A stretch of 63,907 nucleotides of DNA, filler included, from Lenisia limosa (Eukaryota; Protista; Breviatea), in the NCBI GenBank assembly GCA_001655205.1. It is 11 parts of 11 records of this genome, joined end to end, with 100 filler letters (N's around TTAATTAATTAA, not from the genome) between each part and the next. Parts side by side here need not be neighbours in the genome. Positions count along the whole stretch, not along the records: positions 62,881 to 63,907 come from LPNZ01000737.1; 10 more parts are not named here. One strand, written 5' to 3'. Under the pieces are notes generated by a model. It was not told the origin of the DNA. It worked only from the letters and a program-made list of their open reading frames with translations, and did no database searches. This document shows, one piece after another, positions 63,820-63,907 of this stretch; the first letter of the stretch is position 1; each line of letters starts with the position of its first letter. The translations under genes and the position numbers were made by a program.

Positions 63820-63895
63820 CAATGACCGAGAAAAAACCTGACCAATTTGCTTTGTGGTTTCCCAAAGAAAACAGGACAAGAATTTCCGGTCACTG
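63820..63895. mobile_element. Family D: ~75-bp palindromic MITE, TIR CAGTGACCGGGATAAGTCTTGACCGATTT, TA flanks (Tc1/mariner-like); reference copy
   Basis: TA-CAATGACCG...CGGTCACTG-TA. Other copies at ~1637-1706, 20105-20181, 37629-37701, 53234-53308 and 59175-59251 (with an extra left arm at 59135-59174). Confidence 0.8.
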
Positions 63896-63907
63896 TATGT
63901 ACTTTAT

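Overview
Intron-dense eukaryotic (protist-like) genomic DNA in the standard genetic code with GT-AG introns. The gene set (FHOD-type formin, RasGEF, talin/vinculin-like rod) suggests an Amorphea-like lineage; that is an inference only. The window is not one contiguous locus: ten artificial 100-bp spacers (44 N + TTAATTAATTAA + 44 N) join 11 contigs, and dozens of other N gaps sit next to G/C homopolymers. Genes reconstructed by eye from short exons: a large ankyrin-IQ-E/K-helix-helical-bundle protein (minus, 1-9386), a NAPE-PLD-like metallo-beta-lactamase, an orphan gene, an FHOD-like formin, a RasGEF, a tandem SUMO-like-domain (Rad60/Esc2/NIP45-type) protein, midasin, a YeeE/YedE sulfur-transporter-family protein, a choline-transporter-like protein, an ABCA transporter, a WD40 protein, a PAS-domain sensor and several fragments. 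Most ORF-track entries are artefacts of N gaps, introns or antisense frames. The most unusual signal is in the introns. (i) At least five dispersed short repeat families occur there: two TIR MITEs (hAT-like and Tc1/mariner-like) and two non-palindromic families that lie almost always in the sense orientation of the host gene, one of which runs directly into the 3' splice site. (ii) Tandem duplications repeatedly copy splice donors or acceptors. (iii) A CCTAATATGG module appears to serve as a 3' splice site in both orientations. (iv) G-runs follow donors and C-runs precede acceptors. No prokaryotic operon, CRISPR array, tRNA or rRNA was found. All exon models are manual and unverified by transcripts.
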